A stretch of DNA of 63,892 bases, the filler included. It is 7 parts of 7 records of this genome, joined end to end, with 100 filler letters (N's around TTAATTAATTAA, not from the genome) between each part and the next. Parts side by side here need not be neighbours in the genome. Positions count along the whole stretch, not along the records: positions 27,062 to 36,179 come from SRR31156797_14273; positions 36,280 to 42,422 come from SRR31156797_14281; 5 more parts are not named here. One strand, 5' to 3'. A model generated the notes under the pieces. That model worked only from the letters and a program-made list of their open reading frames with translations, had not been told where the DNA came from and made no database searches. This document shows positions 30,861 through 41,148 of this stretch, in pieces (the first letter of the stretch is position 1; the number at the start of each line of letters is the position of its first letter). A program made the position numbers and the translations under genes.

Positions 30861-31877
30861 TCAGTCAATCTGGGGCAGGTACTCAGCGGGAATCTGGTCA
30901 TCGCCCAGCCACCACCAGTCGGACTTGTCCATATCCACAAACTGTCTGATCTTATCGAAGTCGTAGGTATCGGGATCCTTGTAGATGGTCTTGGGTATGG
31001 TCCCGCCCTTGACGACCTTCAGTCCTTCCTGAAGGGCCCATGCGGCCTGCAGCGTGGAATAGGGTTCGATATAACCGGGGACGTTGTTGGAAACCAGGAA
31101 CTTGGCGTATCCGTTCAGATGGTCGCCGGTGGAGGGAACCAGGGTCCGTCCGGCTTCCTTCATGGCCTCGAGAGCGGGGAAGGACATCAGACCGGAGTCG
31201 GCCCAGATACCGTCGATCCGGGGATAGGCCTGCATAAAGCTCTGCATGATTTCCTTACCCTTGGGGATGGACCAGCCGGTGTACTGGGTGTCGAGGATCT
31301 CGATTCCGGGGTACCTGGCGAAGACCTCCTGGGCCCCTTCCAGACGAAGCTCAACCGACATCTGACCGGCGATGCCGCTCATCATAACGATCTTTCCCGT
31401 TTCGCCCATCATATCGATCAGGGCCTCGGCGTAGTGGGCGCCCAGCTTCTTCATATCCTGGCCCACATAGGCGGTGATATTGTCGGTGGGGACGGTTCCG
31501 TCGAAGATGATGACGGGAATGCCGGTCTCGTAGGCTTCCTCGACGGCGGGAACGATGGCCGCGCCGATGGAGGGCTGGACGATCAGAAGATCGACGCCCT
31601 TGGTCAGCAGGTCGCTGATATCGGAGGCCTGTTTTTCGGGCTTCTCATCGGCATTGGTGAAATATACCTTGGAAATCTCGGGGTGTTTGGCGACCTCGGC
31701 GTCGAAATTGGCCTTGAGGAACATTCTCCAGGAATTCCCCATTCCGGCGCAGCTGAAACCGACGACGATGTCTTCGGTCTTGGGCTGGACCTCGGCGTCC
31801 TGCTGCCCTTCGGCAAAGGCGGAAACAGACAGAACGACTGCCAACATAACCAGACCCAGTACTCTTAAACTCTTCAT
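30861..31877 (-). CDS. Sugar ABC transporter substrate-binding protein
   Basis: Spirochaete-style signal ending FAEGQQD; KQASDI.DL..KGVD, GIPVIIFD. Confidence 0.9.
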   Translation of the reverse strand: MKSLRVLGLVMLAVVLSVSAFAEGQQDAEVQPKTEDIVVGFSCAGMGNSWRMFLKANFDAEVAKHPEISKVYFTNADEKPEKQASDISDLLTKGVDLLIVQPSIGAAIVPAVEEAYETGIPVIIFDGTVPTDNITAYVGQDMKKLGAHYAEALIDMMGETGKIVMMSGIAGQMSVELRLEGAQEVFARYPGIEILDTQYTGWSIPKGKEIMQSFMQAYPRIDGIWADSGLMSFPALEAMKEAGRTLVPSTGDHLNGYAKFLVSNNVPGYIEPYSTLQAAWALQEGLKVVKGGTIPKTIYKDPDTYDFDKIRQFVDMDKSDWWWLGDDQIPAEYLPQID

Positions 31878-31976
31878 ATGATTCTCCTTCATTTTCCGGC
31901 CGGGCGAAGGCTGACAAGACCTCCCCGGGCGGCCGGGACACGACCCCTGCGATGCCTGAAAGGCAAGGCGCAGGAC

Positions 31977-32951
31977 CTATTTCTTCCTGTTTGACAGGTA
32001 AAGCGCGACGACGATGACCAGTCCGCGGATGATCAGCTGGCTCTCCAGCGGCAGACTGGCCAGAAGCACCAGGTTCGTGATCATCAGCATGATGAATCCG
32101 CCGATGACCGTTCCGGCTATGGTTCCGGTTCCCCCTCCGATCACCGCGCCGCCCAGAACGGCGTAGGCGATGGAGTCCAGGTCGTAACCGTTGCCCACCC
32201 AGTTGTCCGAGATGCCCGTGTATCCTCCCAGCAGGATGCCCACGAGGGCGGCCGCGGTGGAACAGATGACGTAGGCGATGATGATCTCCCTGTGGGTCCT
32301 GACTCCGCTCAGGTCCGCCACGCGGGAGTTGTTGCCGATAACATAGAGGCGCCTTCCGTATCCCGAACGTCCCAGCAGGACGGAGTAAACCGCAGCCAGC
32401 AAAAGGAATACCAGAAACAGATTAGGGAATATGCCCAGGCTGTTGCCCGTACAGAAAACCTTCAGGGCCTCGGGGATGGAACCGCGGGGCATGCCGTTGG
32501 TCCAGATCAGACGCAGTCCGTTGATGATGATGGAGACTCCCAGGGTGGCGATAAAAGGAGGAACGTTCCTCTTGGTCACCAGAAGCCCGTTGAGCAGCCC
32601 CACGAGAGCTCCCATGAGAAGGCAGAGCAGCATGACGGGAAAGATCAGGGAACCCGATGTCATATAGGTGGCGGCGATTACATTGGATGTGGAAATTACG
32701 GAGCCCACTGACAGATCGAGACCGCCCGATATGATCACGAAGGTCTGCCCCATGGCGGCGATGGCGACCATGGAGTAGTTCCGTCCCACATTCAGCAGGT
32801 TTCCGGGGCTGAAGAAGTTCACGCCCAGGGTCAGATTGATGGCGATGGCTATCAGGATGATGATTCCCAGCGCACCGTAAAGGCCCAGAGGAACGGGGCC
32901 CCGCTTGATGCGGTTCAGAAAAGACAGCTCACCCGTATTCGTAATATTCAC
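31977..32951 (-). CDS. Sugar ABC transporter permease (CUT2)
   Basis: GGLDLSVG, VPPFIATLG, GYDLDSIA..VLGG. Confidence 0.92.
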   Translation of the reverse strand: MNITNTGELSFLNRIKRGPVPLGLYGALGIIILIAIAINLTLGVNFFSPGNLLNVGRNYSMVAIAAMGQTFVIISGGLDLSVGSVISTSNVIAATYMTSGSLIFPVMLLCLLMGALVGLLNGLLVTKRNVPPFIATLGVSIIINGLRLIWTNGMPRGSIPEALKVFCTGNSLGIFPNLFLVFLLLAAVYSVLLGRSGYGRRLYVIGNNSRVADLSGVRTHREIIIAYVICSTAAALVGILLGGYTGISDNWVGNGYDLDSIAYAVLGGAVIGGGTGTIAGTVIGGFIMLMITNLVLLASLPLESQLIIRGLVIVVALYLSNRKK

Positions 32952-33023
32952 GTGTTTGTCCTTTTTTATTTTTGTGGAGTGAAAACCCGGGAGCCGGCCG
33001 CTCCCGGGAACGTAAAACAGCGT

Positions 33024-34187
33024 TTAAACGGTGACTTCCTGACCCTTCTCAGCGGATTCCAGACCGGCTTCCAGAATCTGCATCTCCTTCAGGCCGTCAT
33101 AGAAGTTGGGGCGGATCTCGCTGCCCGTTCTCACGGCTTCGCAGAAATCCACGACGGCGTGTACGAACTCATGCTCGTAACCGATGACGTGTCCGGGGGG
33201 CCACCAGGCGGCGATGTAGTCATGCTCGCCGGCCTCGGTAGCCAGAATGGTTCTGAATCCCTGCTCTCCGGCGGGATCTTCCCGGTTGAAGTACTTCAGC
33301 TCGTTCATCCGCTCCAGATCGAAGATCAGGCTTCCCTTGCTTCCGTAGATCTCGAAGTAGTTGTAGTTCTTTCTTCCGGGGGCGAAACGGGTGGTCTCGA
33401 AGGATCCCAGGGCTCCGTTCTCGAATTTGCAGATCATAAAGGCGGCGTCCTCTACGGTGACCTCGCCCTTCTCGCTTCCTGCGGACTTGCCGCTGAAGGT
33501 TCCGGAGGCCACTTCATCGGGGAGGGTTCTTTCCTTGATAAAGTTGGTGGTCATACAGCTTACGGACTTGATGTCGCCCACAAGATAGCGGGCCAGGTCG
33601 ACGGAGTGGGAGTTCAGGTCGCCCTGGGGGCCCATTCCGGCAGTTTCCTTCTTCAGGTGCCAGGTCAGGGGGAACTCGGGATCCACGATCCAGTCCTGCA
33701 GGTAGGCGCCTCTCCAGTGGAAGATCTGTCCGATCTTCCCCTCGTCGATCATCTTCTTGGCCAGACGAACGGCGGGACAGCGGCGGTAGTTATGGTTCAC
33801 ATAGTGGGTCACTTTGGAGTTCTGAACGATCTCGTAGAGTTCCTGGGCCTGCTTGGCGTTCATGGCCATGGGTTTTTCCAGGAAGACATGCTTGCCCGCC
33901 TGTACGGCGGCCTTGGCGATCTCGAAGTGAAGGTGCTGGGGTACGGAGATGTCTACCACATCCACATCATCCCGCTGGATAACCTTTTTCCAATCTGTCT
34001 CGATCTCTTCCCAGCCCCAGCGCTCCGCGAATTCCTGCAGGGGCTCTCTGTGCCGCCCGCAGACGACCTTCAGCCTGGGGGCCAGCTCCATATCGAAGAA
34101 CAGGGGGGCCTTTTTCCAGGCGTTGCTATGGGCCTTGCCCATAAACTTATAACCGATCATGGCTATATTCAGTGTTTTCTTGCTCAT
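33024..34187 (-). CDS. Gfo/Idh/MocA oxidoreductase
   Basis: IGYKFMGKAH, GKHVFLEKP, NYRR.PA, GDLNSHSVD. Confidence 0.92.
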   Translation of the reverse strand: MSKKTLNIAMIGYKFMGKAHSNAWKKAPLFFDMELAPRLKVVCGRHREPLQEFAERWGWEEIETDWKKVIQRDDVDVVDISVPQHLHFEIAKAAVQAGKHVFLEKPMAMNAKQAQELYEIVQNSKVTHYVNHNYRRCPAVRLAKKMIDEGKIGQIFHWRGAYLQDWIVDPEFPLTWHLKKETAGMGPQGDLNSHSVDLARYLVGDIKSVSCMTTNFIKERTLPDEVASGTFSGKSAGSEKGEVTVEDAAFMICKFENGALGSFETTRFAPGRKNYNYFEIYGSKGSLIFDLERMNELKYFNREDPAGEQGFRTILATEAGEHDYIAAWWPPGHVIGYEHEFVHAVVDFCEAVRTGSEIRPNFYDGLKEMQILEAGLESAEKGQEVTV

Positions 34188-34241
34188 ATCCTCATCCTTT
34201 TGGCTTCGGGAACGGGGCGGCTGGGCCCCGGACCTCCTTTT

Positions 34242-35120
34242 TCAGCCGATCTCCTTTACGATTCTCTTGAGCTCGGCTACGGACGCGGCCACGGCCTTGT
34301 CCTCGTCATCGTCGGCCCAGTCGTTTCTGTAGTCCTCGTGGAGGTAGTCGATCTCCATGGCCAGGAATCCCTTGTAGTCCACCTCCTTGAGCATCCTGGC
34401 AAGAGCCATATTGTCTACCAGTCCGCCGCCGGTGGGGGTACAGGCGAAGAAGTGCCAGCTGCCCACGCCGCAGTTCGCCTGGGGCTTGAGGTCCTTGATA
34501 TGGGTAGAGAAAACATAGGGGGCCAGCTTTTTCATGCCCTCGACGGGATCGTCCAGAACTCTCATGAAGTTGCCGGTGTCGAAGTTGATACCGAAGTGGG
34601 GAGAGTTGACCTGATGGATCAGTCTCAGCATCTCGTCGGAGTTATAGTCGATGTGGTTCTCATCGGCGATCTTGATGCCCTTGGATTCGGCGTCGGGCAT
34701 GGCGTTCTGAAACATTCTGGTCAGGATGTCCAGCTGCTTTTCATGATCTCCGAAGCGGAACATCAGGGAGGAACCGCAGACGCGCATAACGTCGGCGCCG
34801 ATGGCTTCGGCGTACTCCATGTTCTTCATCATGTCGTCCCAGGCGGCCTCGTTGGCACCGCCTTCCAGTCCGTCGGGATGTCCCCAGGCCCAGACGCGGT
34901 CCATCTTGTACTCATCCAGAAGCCCTTTGATTTCGCTCAGATAGGACTTTTCGAAACTGGGTACGAAGCATGATTCCAGGGAAACGCCGTCAACGCCCAG
35001 CTCGGCCGCTCTCTTGATAAACCACTCCAGGGTGATGTTCTTGGAGGGGGCCTTCTGATCGTCATAGACCTCTCCGAATAGTCTGTGAAAGCAGTAGCTG
35101 TCGATTCCTATTTTCATCAT
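34242..35120 (-). CDS. Sugar-phosphate isomerase/epimerase (xylose isomerase-like TIM barrel)
   Basis: ENH, FDTGN, THIKD and LAMEID metal ligands; start MMKIG at 35120 after AAGGAG. Confidence 0.88.
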   Translation of the reverse strand: MMKIGIDSYCFHRLFGEVYDDQKAPSKNITLEWFIKRAAELGVDGVSLESCFVPSFEKSYLSEIKGLLDEYKMDRVWAWGHPDGLEGGANEAAWDDMMKNMEYAEAIGADVMRVCGSSLMFRFGDHEKQLDILTRMFQNAMPDAESKGIKIADENHIDYNSDEMLRLIHQVNSPHFGINFDTGNFMRVLDDPVEGMKKLAPYVFSTHIKDLKPQANCGVGSWHFFACTPTGGGLVDNMALARMLKEVDYKGFLAMEIDYLHEDYRNDWADDDEDKAVAASVAELKRIVKEIG

Positions 35121-35154
35121 AGTAGATAACTCCTTTGATTTGATTACAAAAAGT

Positions 35155-35221
35155 CTAAATCGTTTCAGCAATAAACCTAAAACGTTTTAGACAATAGTAG
35201 CACGGATCAGGGAGTTGTCAA
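35155..35221 (-). promoter_or_regulatory. Sigma70 promoter with tandem LacI-type operators
   Basis: TTGACA (35216-35221) and TGnTACTAT (35194-35202) on the minus strand; perfect palindrome CTAAAACGTTTTAG 35177-35190 and imperfect CTAAATCGTTTCAG 35155-35168. Confidence 0.75.
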
Positions 35222-35229
35222 GTGAAAAC

Positions 35230-36179
35230 TTATAAAGTTTCGCGCAAAAGAACTTCGGGACGGATATAGGAGCGGATGCAGCGCTCGCCGTCCTCTATCT
35301 GACGGAAGAGAAGGGAGGCCAGAGCGCGTCCGACCTCGCGGAGTTTGGCATCCACAGTGGTCAGGCCGGGGTAGACGGCCCGGGAGATATCCGTATTGTC
35401 ATATCCGATAATGGACAGGTCCTCGGGAATGCGGATCCCCTGCTCCATGGCGTATTTCATGGCGCCGGCGGCGACGAAGTCGTTACAGCAGAAGATCACA
35501 TCGGGCCTGTCCGGAGTGCTGAGAAGATGGGAAGCCCCGTCGTAACCGCTCTGAATGGTGAAGTCGCAATAGTATTCCCTGCCCTCTTCCAGTGTAACGC
35601 CGTGATGAGCCAGGCGGTCTACGAAACCGTCGCGCCGGCAGCGGGCATCGAAATGGTCCTGGGGACCGTGAATTACAGAAATTTTATTAAACCCTTTATC
35701 CACAACAAGATCTGCCACAAGGGATCCTCCGTAATCATGCTCCACCATCAGATAACTCATGGCGTCATCGGTGATGCAGGGATTGAGGATCACATGGGGA
35801 TAGTCCTTGAGATAGGGCATGAACAGATAGCTCTTTATATACTGGGGGAGGATGATGATGCCGTCGTTGGACTTGTCCCGGCAGCGGGTGCGGAAGAACT
35901 GCTCCAGATCGGAATCGCTCCAGGTCTTCACCTCGAGATGGTAGTTGTAGTTCCGCTTCTGCGCCTCTACCAGAACCCCCATCATAAAGTTGTAGAAGAA
36001 GGTGCTCTCCTTGACCAGGTCGGCGTACTTGGTGTTGTTGATCAGCACCATCAGGATGGTCTGGCTCTTGCCGGTGATCAGGGTCTGACCGCCCCTGTTG
36101 GCCACATAGTGCAGCTTCTCGGCGCACTCGAGCACCCTTTCCCGGGTCTTCTCATTGACGCTCTTTCCGTTGAGAGCCA
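35230..36179 (-). CDS. LacI-family transcriptional regulator (5' truncated)
   Basis: ALNGKSVNEKTRERVLECA..L.Y..N HTH/hinge; IFCCND, IPEDLSIIGYD, LTTV. Confidence 0.92.
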
Positions 36180-36279
36180 NNNNNNNNNNNNNNNNNNNNN
36201 NNNNNNNNNNNNNNNNNNNNNNNTTAATTAATTAANNNNNNNNNNNNNNNNNNNNNNNNNNNNNNNNNNNNNNNNNNNN
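36180..36279. other. Artificial contig linker
   Basis: N44-TTAATTAATTAA-N44. Confidence 0.99.
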
Positions 36280-36505
36280 AGAGTATGTTAAATTAGCTAA
36301 AAAAGAAGCAGAAGAAGGAAAAATTGCTATTAGAAACGTAAGAAAAGACATCAACAACAAATTCAGAAAACTTGAAAAAGATTCTGATATTACTCAAGAT
36401 GACTTAAAAGCTTATGAAGCTGATACTCAAAAAATGACTGATAAATTCATCAAAGCAGTAGATGAATTATATGCTAAAAAAGAAAAAGAGATTACAACTG
36501 TATAA
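36280..36505 (+). CDS. frr: Ribosome recycling factor, 3' fragment
   Basis: EYVKLAKKEAEEGKIAIRNVRKD...TDKFIKAVDE...KEKEI; precedes uppS. Confidence 0.92.
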
Positions 36506-36510
36506 TTTAT

Positions 36511-36540
36511 AAAGCTGGTGACTTTGTTACCAGCTTTTTT
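36511..36540 (+). terminator. Intrinsic terminator after frr
   Basis: AAAGCTGGTGAC-ttt-GTTACCAGCTTT followed by a T run. Confidence 0.8.
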
Positions 36541-36799
36541 TGTTCTCATAAGAAAATCAAGCTTTTGATTTAAAAAAATATTACTCTTTTTTTAAGTTAG
36601 GATTAAGACAAAGTAGCTAAGATATATGTTATCTGCGAATTAACTGTCGAATTTTCAGCTACTTATGTAGAAAAAAATAATTAATTATGGTACAATGTTG
36701 GTTGTAAATTAAGGAAATTATAAACATGAGAGTTATGAGATTTCGGCTTATTTTTAAATTTTATGTAAGCTGAAAGCTTTTTTTAATAGAAAATAGATA

Positions 36800-37516
36800 T
36801 TGAAGGTGATGGAATTGTCAAACAAAGATTTTCCGCAACATATTGCCATAATAATGGATGGAAACGGAAGATGGGCAAAAAAGCAAGGGAAACCAAGACT
36901 TTTTGGTCATAAAGCAGGGGCGGATACTGTAAGAAGAATACTAACAGAAGCGGGAAACCTGGGGGTAAAACACTTAACTCTTTATGCCTTTTCAACAGAG
37001 AATTGGAAAAGATCTGATCTTGAAGTTAGTGGTTTAATGAGATTGTTAAAACAGTATCTTAAAGGTGAGAAAAAAGAGCTTATGAAGAAAAATGTAAGAC
37101 TTAAATTTTTAGGTCGAAGAGATAAGATTTCATCGGAATTACTGAAGGTAATGGATGAAACGGTGGAATATCTAAGTGAGAATACGGGAATTACTTTGAA
37201 TATTGCATTAAATTACGGAGGAAGACCTGAGATTGTTGATGCCGTTAATGAGTTAATAAAGTCAGGAAAAGATGAAATATCTGAAGAGGATATTCAGGAA
37301 CACCTTTATGGAGGTCTTGAACTTCCTGATCCAGAACTAATCATAAGAACAAGTGGTGAGTTTAGAGTTAGTAATTTTTTACTATGGCAATGCGCCTATT
37401 CGGAGTTTTATATAACAGAGACTTATTGGCCGGATTTTTCTGAAGAGGAGTTTAGAGGAGCTATTGATCAATATATGGGAAGAGATAGAAGGTTTGGTGG
37501 AGTAAAAAATGTTTAA
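36800..37516 (+). CDS. uppS: Undecaprenyl diphosphate synthase
   Basis: HIAIIMDGNGRWA, YAFSTENW, IRTSGE.R.SNFLLWQ; start may be ATG 36809. Confidence 0.95.
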   Translation: MKVMELSNKDFPQHIAIIMDGNGRWAKKQGKPRLFGHKAGADTVRRILTEAGNLGVKHLTLYAFSTENWKRSDLEVSGLMRLLKQYLKGEKKELMKKNVRLKFLGRRDKISSELLKVMDETVEYLSENTGITLNIALNYGGRPEIVDAVNELIKSGKDEISEEDIQEHLYGGLELPDPELIIRTSGEFRVSNFLLWQCAYSEFYITETYWPDFSEEEFRGAIDQYMGRDRRFGGVKNV

Positions 37517-38333
37517 CAGATTTATTGTTGCAATAATATTAGTACCATTAACAATACTTATTTTTCTATATGGTGATTTATCTTTACTTATTTTAACTAA
37601 TGTTATAATAGGGACAGCGATGTTTGAAGTGTATAAAATGTTTAAAAATAAGGGAAAAGAGCTAAGTATTCCGGTAGGAATGCTTTGGGGAATACTTATT
37701 CCAAATGTCTGGTACCTATCATCTAAGGGAATGCTTCCGGTTAATATAACTGGCGGAATTTCAGTAGTAGCAATTATAGCGATATTATCTTACAGAGTTA
37801 TTAGGAATAAAGTTGAAAAAGCAAGTGAATATATAATGTATACTGCACTTGGTGTGCTGTATGTTTCATTTATGTTTTCACATATTATAGGAATAAAGTT
37901 TTTACCGAATGGAAATAAATGGGTAATAACAATACAGGTTCTGGTTTGGATATCAGATACATTTGCATATCTTGTAGGTATGAGAATAGGTAGAAAATTT
38001 TTCAAACGTGGATTGAGTATGGTTAGTCCTAAAAAATCAATAGAAGGTTCTATCGGATCTTTTGTTTTTACAATTATAATGATGTTTATACTTCGTTTCA
38101 CATTATTTAGAAATATAGAAATTGCTTTAGTGCATGTATTTATTATACCTGTACTTGTGTCTATTGTTGGTCAAATGGGAGATTTATCTGAATCTGTATT
38201 TAAGAGAGAGTTCGACGTTAAAGATTCAAGTAGACTTTTAGGAGATCATGGTGGAGTACTTGATAGGTTTGATAGTTTAATATTTGCCTTTCCAATTATG
38301 TATTATTATTTAAAATTCTTTATCGTATCATAA
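37509..38333 (+). CDS. cdsA: Phosphatidate cytidylyltransferase
   Basis: SDTFAY, SPKKSIEG, GDLSES.FKR..VKDS...HGGVLDRFDS. Confidence 0.95.
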   Translation: MFNRFIVAIILVPLTILIFLYGDLSLLILTNVIIGTAMFEVYKMFKNKGKELSIPVGMLWGILIPNVWYLSSKGMLPVNITGGISVVAIIAILSYRVIRNKVEKASEYIMYTALGVLYVSFMFSHIIGIKFLPNGNKWVITIQVLVWISDTFAYLVGMRIGRKFFKRGLSMVSPKKSIEGSIGSFVFTIIMMFILRFTLFRNIEIALVHVFIIPVLVSIVGQMGDLSESVFKREFDVKDSSRLLGDHGGVLDRFDSLIFAFPIMYYYLKFFIVS

Positions 38334-38522
38334 AAATTTATAAGGGTTTGGTAAGCCGTAAAATTAAAACTATAAAAAAATGACAGCTTAAATCGCTGTC
38401 TATCTTTTTTGTATTAGGGAAATTATAAATTTGTAACTTTTTAAAAGCCGGGTTTAATTTTAGATTATTATGATGTCAAAGGCTTTTTTATACAACAGAA
38501 GTTTCGAAGGAGATGTAAAATT

Positions 38523-39668
38523 ATGAAAAAAATATCTATACTTGGTTCAACTGGTAGTATAGGAACAAGTGCTCTGGATATAGTTAGAAATGTTAATGAT
38601 TTTGAAGTAACTGCTTTAACTGCACATAAAAATCATGAACTGTTGATTAAACAAATAAAGGAGTTTAAACCAAAATATGCCTCTATTGGTAGTGAAGAGG
38701 GATATAAATTCGTAAAAGCTGCTTGTCCTGAAGTAGAGTTATTTATGGGAAATGAAGGTCTAAAAGAGATTGGTAAAATTAATGATACCGATGTTGTACT
38801 AACGGCAGTAAGTGGTGCTGTGGGAATTGAAGCAACAATTGAAGCAATAAAGCTTGAAAAAAGAATTGCTCTTGCAAATAAGGAAACAATGGTTGCAGGA
38901 GGTTATTTAATAAATAATATGCTTAAAGATTATAATGCAGAGATTATTCCTGTAGACAGTGAGCATTCGGCACTCTTTCAATCACTTCTAAGCGGAAAAG
39001 ATAAAGAGATAGAAAAACTTATCTTAACAGGAAGTGGTGGAACATTTAGAGGTTATTCTCTTGAGCAATTGAAAGAGGTTAAACTGGAACAGGCTTTGAA
39101 ACATCCTAATTGGTCAATGGGGAAAAAGATTACAATAGATTCGTCAAGTTTATGTAATAAAGGATTGGAAGTTATAGAAGCACATCATCTTTTTAATATA
39201 GATTATGATGATATAGAAGTGGTTATACATCCACAAAGTATAATTCACTCTATGGTAGAGTTCTGTGACGGTAGTGTAATTGCTCAAATGGGTGTTCCTG
39301 ATATGAAGATACCGATTCAATATGCTTTTACTTATCCATATAGGGAAACGAATAAGATAATAGAAAGAATGGATTTTAAAAAATTCAGTAATTTAACTTT
39401 TGAAGAACCTGATCACTCTGTATTCAAAGGTCTTGAACTGGCTTATAGAGCCGGACGAGCCGGGCAGTCTATGCCTATAGTATTTAATGCGGCGAATGAG
39501 GAGGCAGTAGACTTATTACTTAATAAAAAAATTCAGTTTTTAGATATCTATAAAATAATCGATAAAGAGATGTCGGAACATAAAATCACAGAGGCAACAA
39601 ATCTTGATGTGATTAAAGCAGTTGATTCTGAAGTACGTGCAAGAATCAGGAGGGAGTATCAGGTATAA
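38523..39668 (+). CDS. dxr: 1-deoxy-D-xylulose 5-phosphate reductoisomerase
   Basis: [32 protein letters not shown]. Confidence 0.96.
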   Translation: MKKISILGSTGSIGTSALDIVRNVNDFEVTALTAHKNHELLIKQIKEFKPKYASIGSEEGYKFVKAACPEVELFMGNEGLKEIGKINDTDVVLTAVSGAVGIEATIEAIKLEKRIALANKETMVAGGYLINNMLKDYNAEIIPVDSEHSALFQSLLSGKDKEIEKLILTGSGGTFRGYSLEQLKEVKLEQALKHPNWSMGKKITIDSSSLCNKGLEVIEAHHLFNIDYDDIEVVIHPQSIIHSMVEFCDGSVIAQMGVPDMKIPIQYAFTYPYRETNKIIERMDFKKFSNLTFEEPDHSVFKGLELAYRAGRAGQSMPIVFNAANEEAVDLLLNKKIQFLDIYKIIDKEMSEHKITEATNLDVIKAVDSEVRARIRREYQV

Positions 39669-39670
39669 TC

Positions 39671-40450
39671 ATGGCAAAGAGTAAAAAAGAGAAACAGTTG
39701 AAGAAGATAAAATCATTTTTTAGCTTACATGAAACTATACAGATATATTTTTATCCACTTTATCTATTAATAATATACTTAATGATGAAAGAAAAGATGT
39801 TGCTACCATCGATTAAATATGTAACATTAAATATCTTTACGCGATTAAATTTAATATATTTTCCAATAATACTAATAGCAGCGGCTTTGATACTATATTT
39901 TTTAGACAAAAAATTTACGGGATTTTTCTTAAAGAAAAAAGAGAGTACTTTTTATATAGTATGGGGAAAACTGGGATATACACTTGGAAAAGGTGATATA
40001 CTAGCAGCAATTCTTTCAGTTATAATTATTTGTAGAGTAGTTTTGGAACAAGCAGATGAATTAACGATTTTATTAAACTTCTGTTTAATATCATCTGTAT
40101 TTGCCGGTTTTTTTGTTAATTTAATTAAACCTTTTTTAACAAGAAAAAGACCAAATGCAGAACTTGAAAATATGAAAATATTTCAATTTAAAACAGCGTT
40201 TAAAGAAAAAAAGTTTCTAAAACATAAATATCTCAGTATGCCGTCAGGACATACAACATCAATTTTTGCAACAATGTTGCCACTTGCTTTTTATTTTAAT
40301 AATCCGGCATTTTTTTTAATAGGTATTTTTATTGCTATAGCAAGAGTGATAGCGACTAAACATTGGAGTAGTGATGTATTCTTGGGTGCAGCATTAGGTA
40401 GCTCAATAGGATATTATTTTTACGAATACTTTTTACAATACATTTCATAA
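39671..40450 (+). CDS. PAP2-family membrane phosphatase
   Basis: K......RP, PSGH and R.....HW.SD motifs; multiple TM helices. Confidence 0.88.
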   Translation: MAKSKKEKQLKKIKSFFSLHETIQIYFYPLYLLIIYLMMKEKMLLPSIKYVTLNIFTRLNLIYFPIILIAAALILYFLDKKFTGFFLKKKESTFYIVWGKLGYTLGKGDILAAILSVIIICRVVLEQADELTILLNFCLISSVFAGFFVNLIKPFLTRKRPNAELENMKIFQFKTAFKEKKFLKHKYLSMPSGHTTSIFATMLPLAFYFNNPAFFLIGIFIAIARVIATKHWSSDVFLGAALGSSIGYYFYEYFLQYIS

Positions 40451-40464
40451 ATTACGGAGGAAAC

Positions 40465-41148
40465 ATGGGAAAACTTATAGTAATTGAGGGAACAGATAGT
40501 AGTGGTAAGCAAACACACACTGAGAAACTGTACCTGAAGTTAGAAAAAGATGAATTGAAAATAAAAAAAATATCATTTCCAAATTATGATAGTCCTGCAT
40601 CAGAGCCTGTAAAGATGTACCTTGCCGGTGAATTTGGAAAAGAAGCAGGAAAAACTAACCCTTATCCGGTTTCAACAATGTATGCAATAGATAGATATGC
40701 TTCATTTAAAACAGAATGGGAAGAGTTTTATAGTAATAGTGGCGTGATTTTATCAGATAGATACACAACATCAAATATGGTGCATCAGGCGTCAAAAATA
40801 GATGATCAAAATGAGAAAGATAAATATTTAGATTGGTTAGTTGACCTGGAGTATCGTAAAATGGGACTACCGGAACCTGATATGGTAATCTTTCTAAATA
40901 TGCCAACGGACATGGCTTATGAGCTTATGAAGGAGCGTAAAAATAAGATTACCGGCAATGATGAGAAAGATATTCATGAGAGTGATAAAGAGTATATGAG
41001 AGCTTCATATAATAATGCATGTTATGTAGCTGAAAAGTATAAGTGGTATGAAGTTAAGTGTGTAGAAAACGGGAAATTAAAAACTCTGGATGAGATAAAT
41101 GATGAGATATATAATGCAGTAAAAGAGATGATTGGAGATGACAAATGA
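40465..41148 (+). CDS. tmk: Thymidylate kinase
   Basis: IEGTDSSGKQT P-loop, SDRYTTS. Confidence 0.9.
   Translation: MGKLIVIEGTDSSGKQTHTEKLYLKLEKDELKIKKISFPNYDSPASEPVKMYLAGEFGKEAGKTNPYPVSTMYAIDRYASFKTEWEEFYSNSGVILSDRYTTSNMVHQASKIDDQNEKDKYLDWLVDLEYRKMGLPEPDMVIFLNMPTDMAYELMKERKNKITGNDEKDIHESDKEYMRASYNNACYVAEKYKWYEVKCVENGKLKTLDEINDEIYNAVKEMIGDDK

Noticed and set aside
32952-34973. 673-aa plus-strand ORF and other long overlapping ORFs (27145-28296, 29285-30778, 48662-49849, 61965-63455)
   Set aside because: Shadow frames of well-supported genes in GC-rich DNA, with no recognisable motifs.
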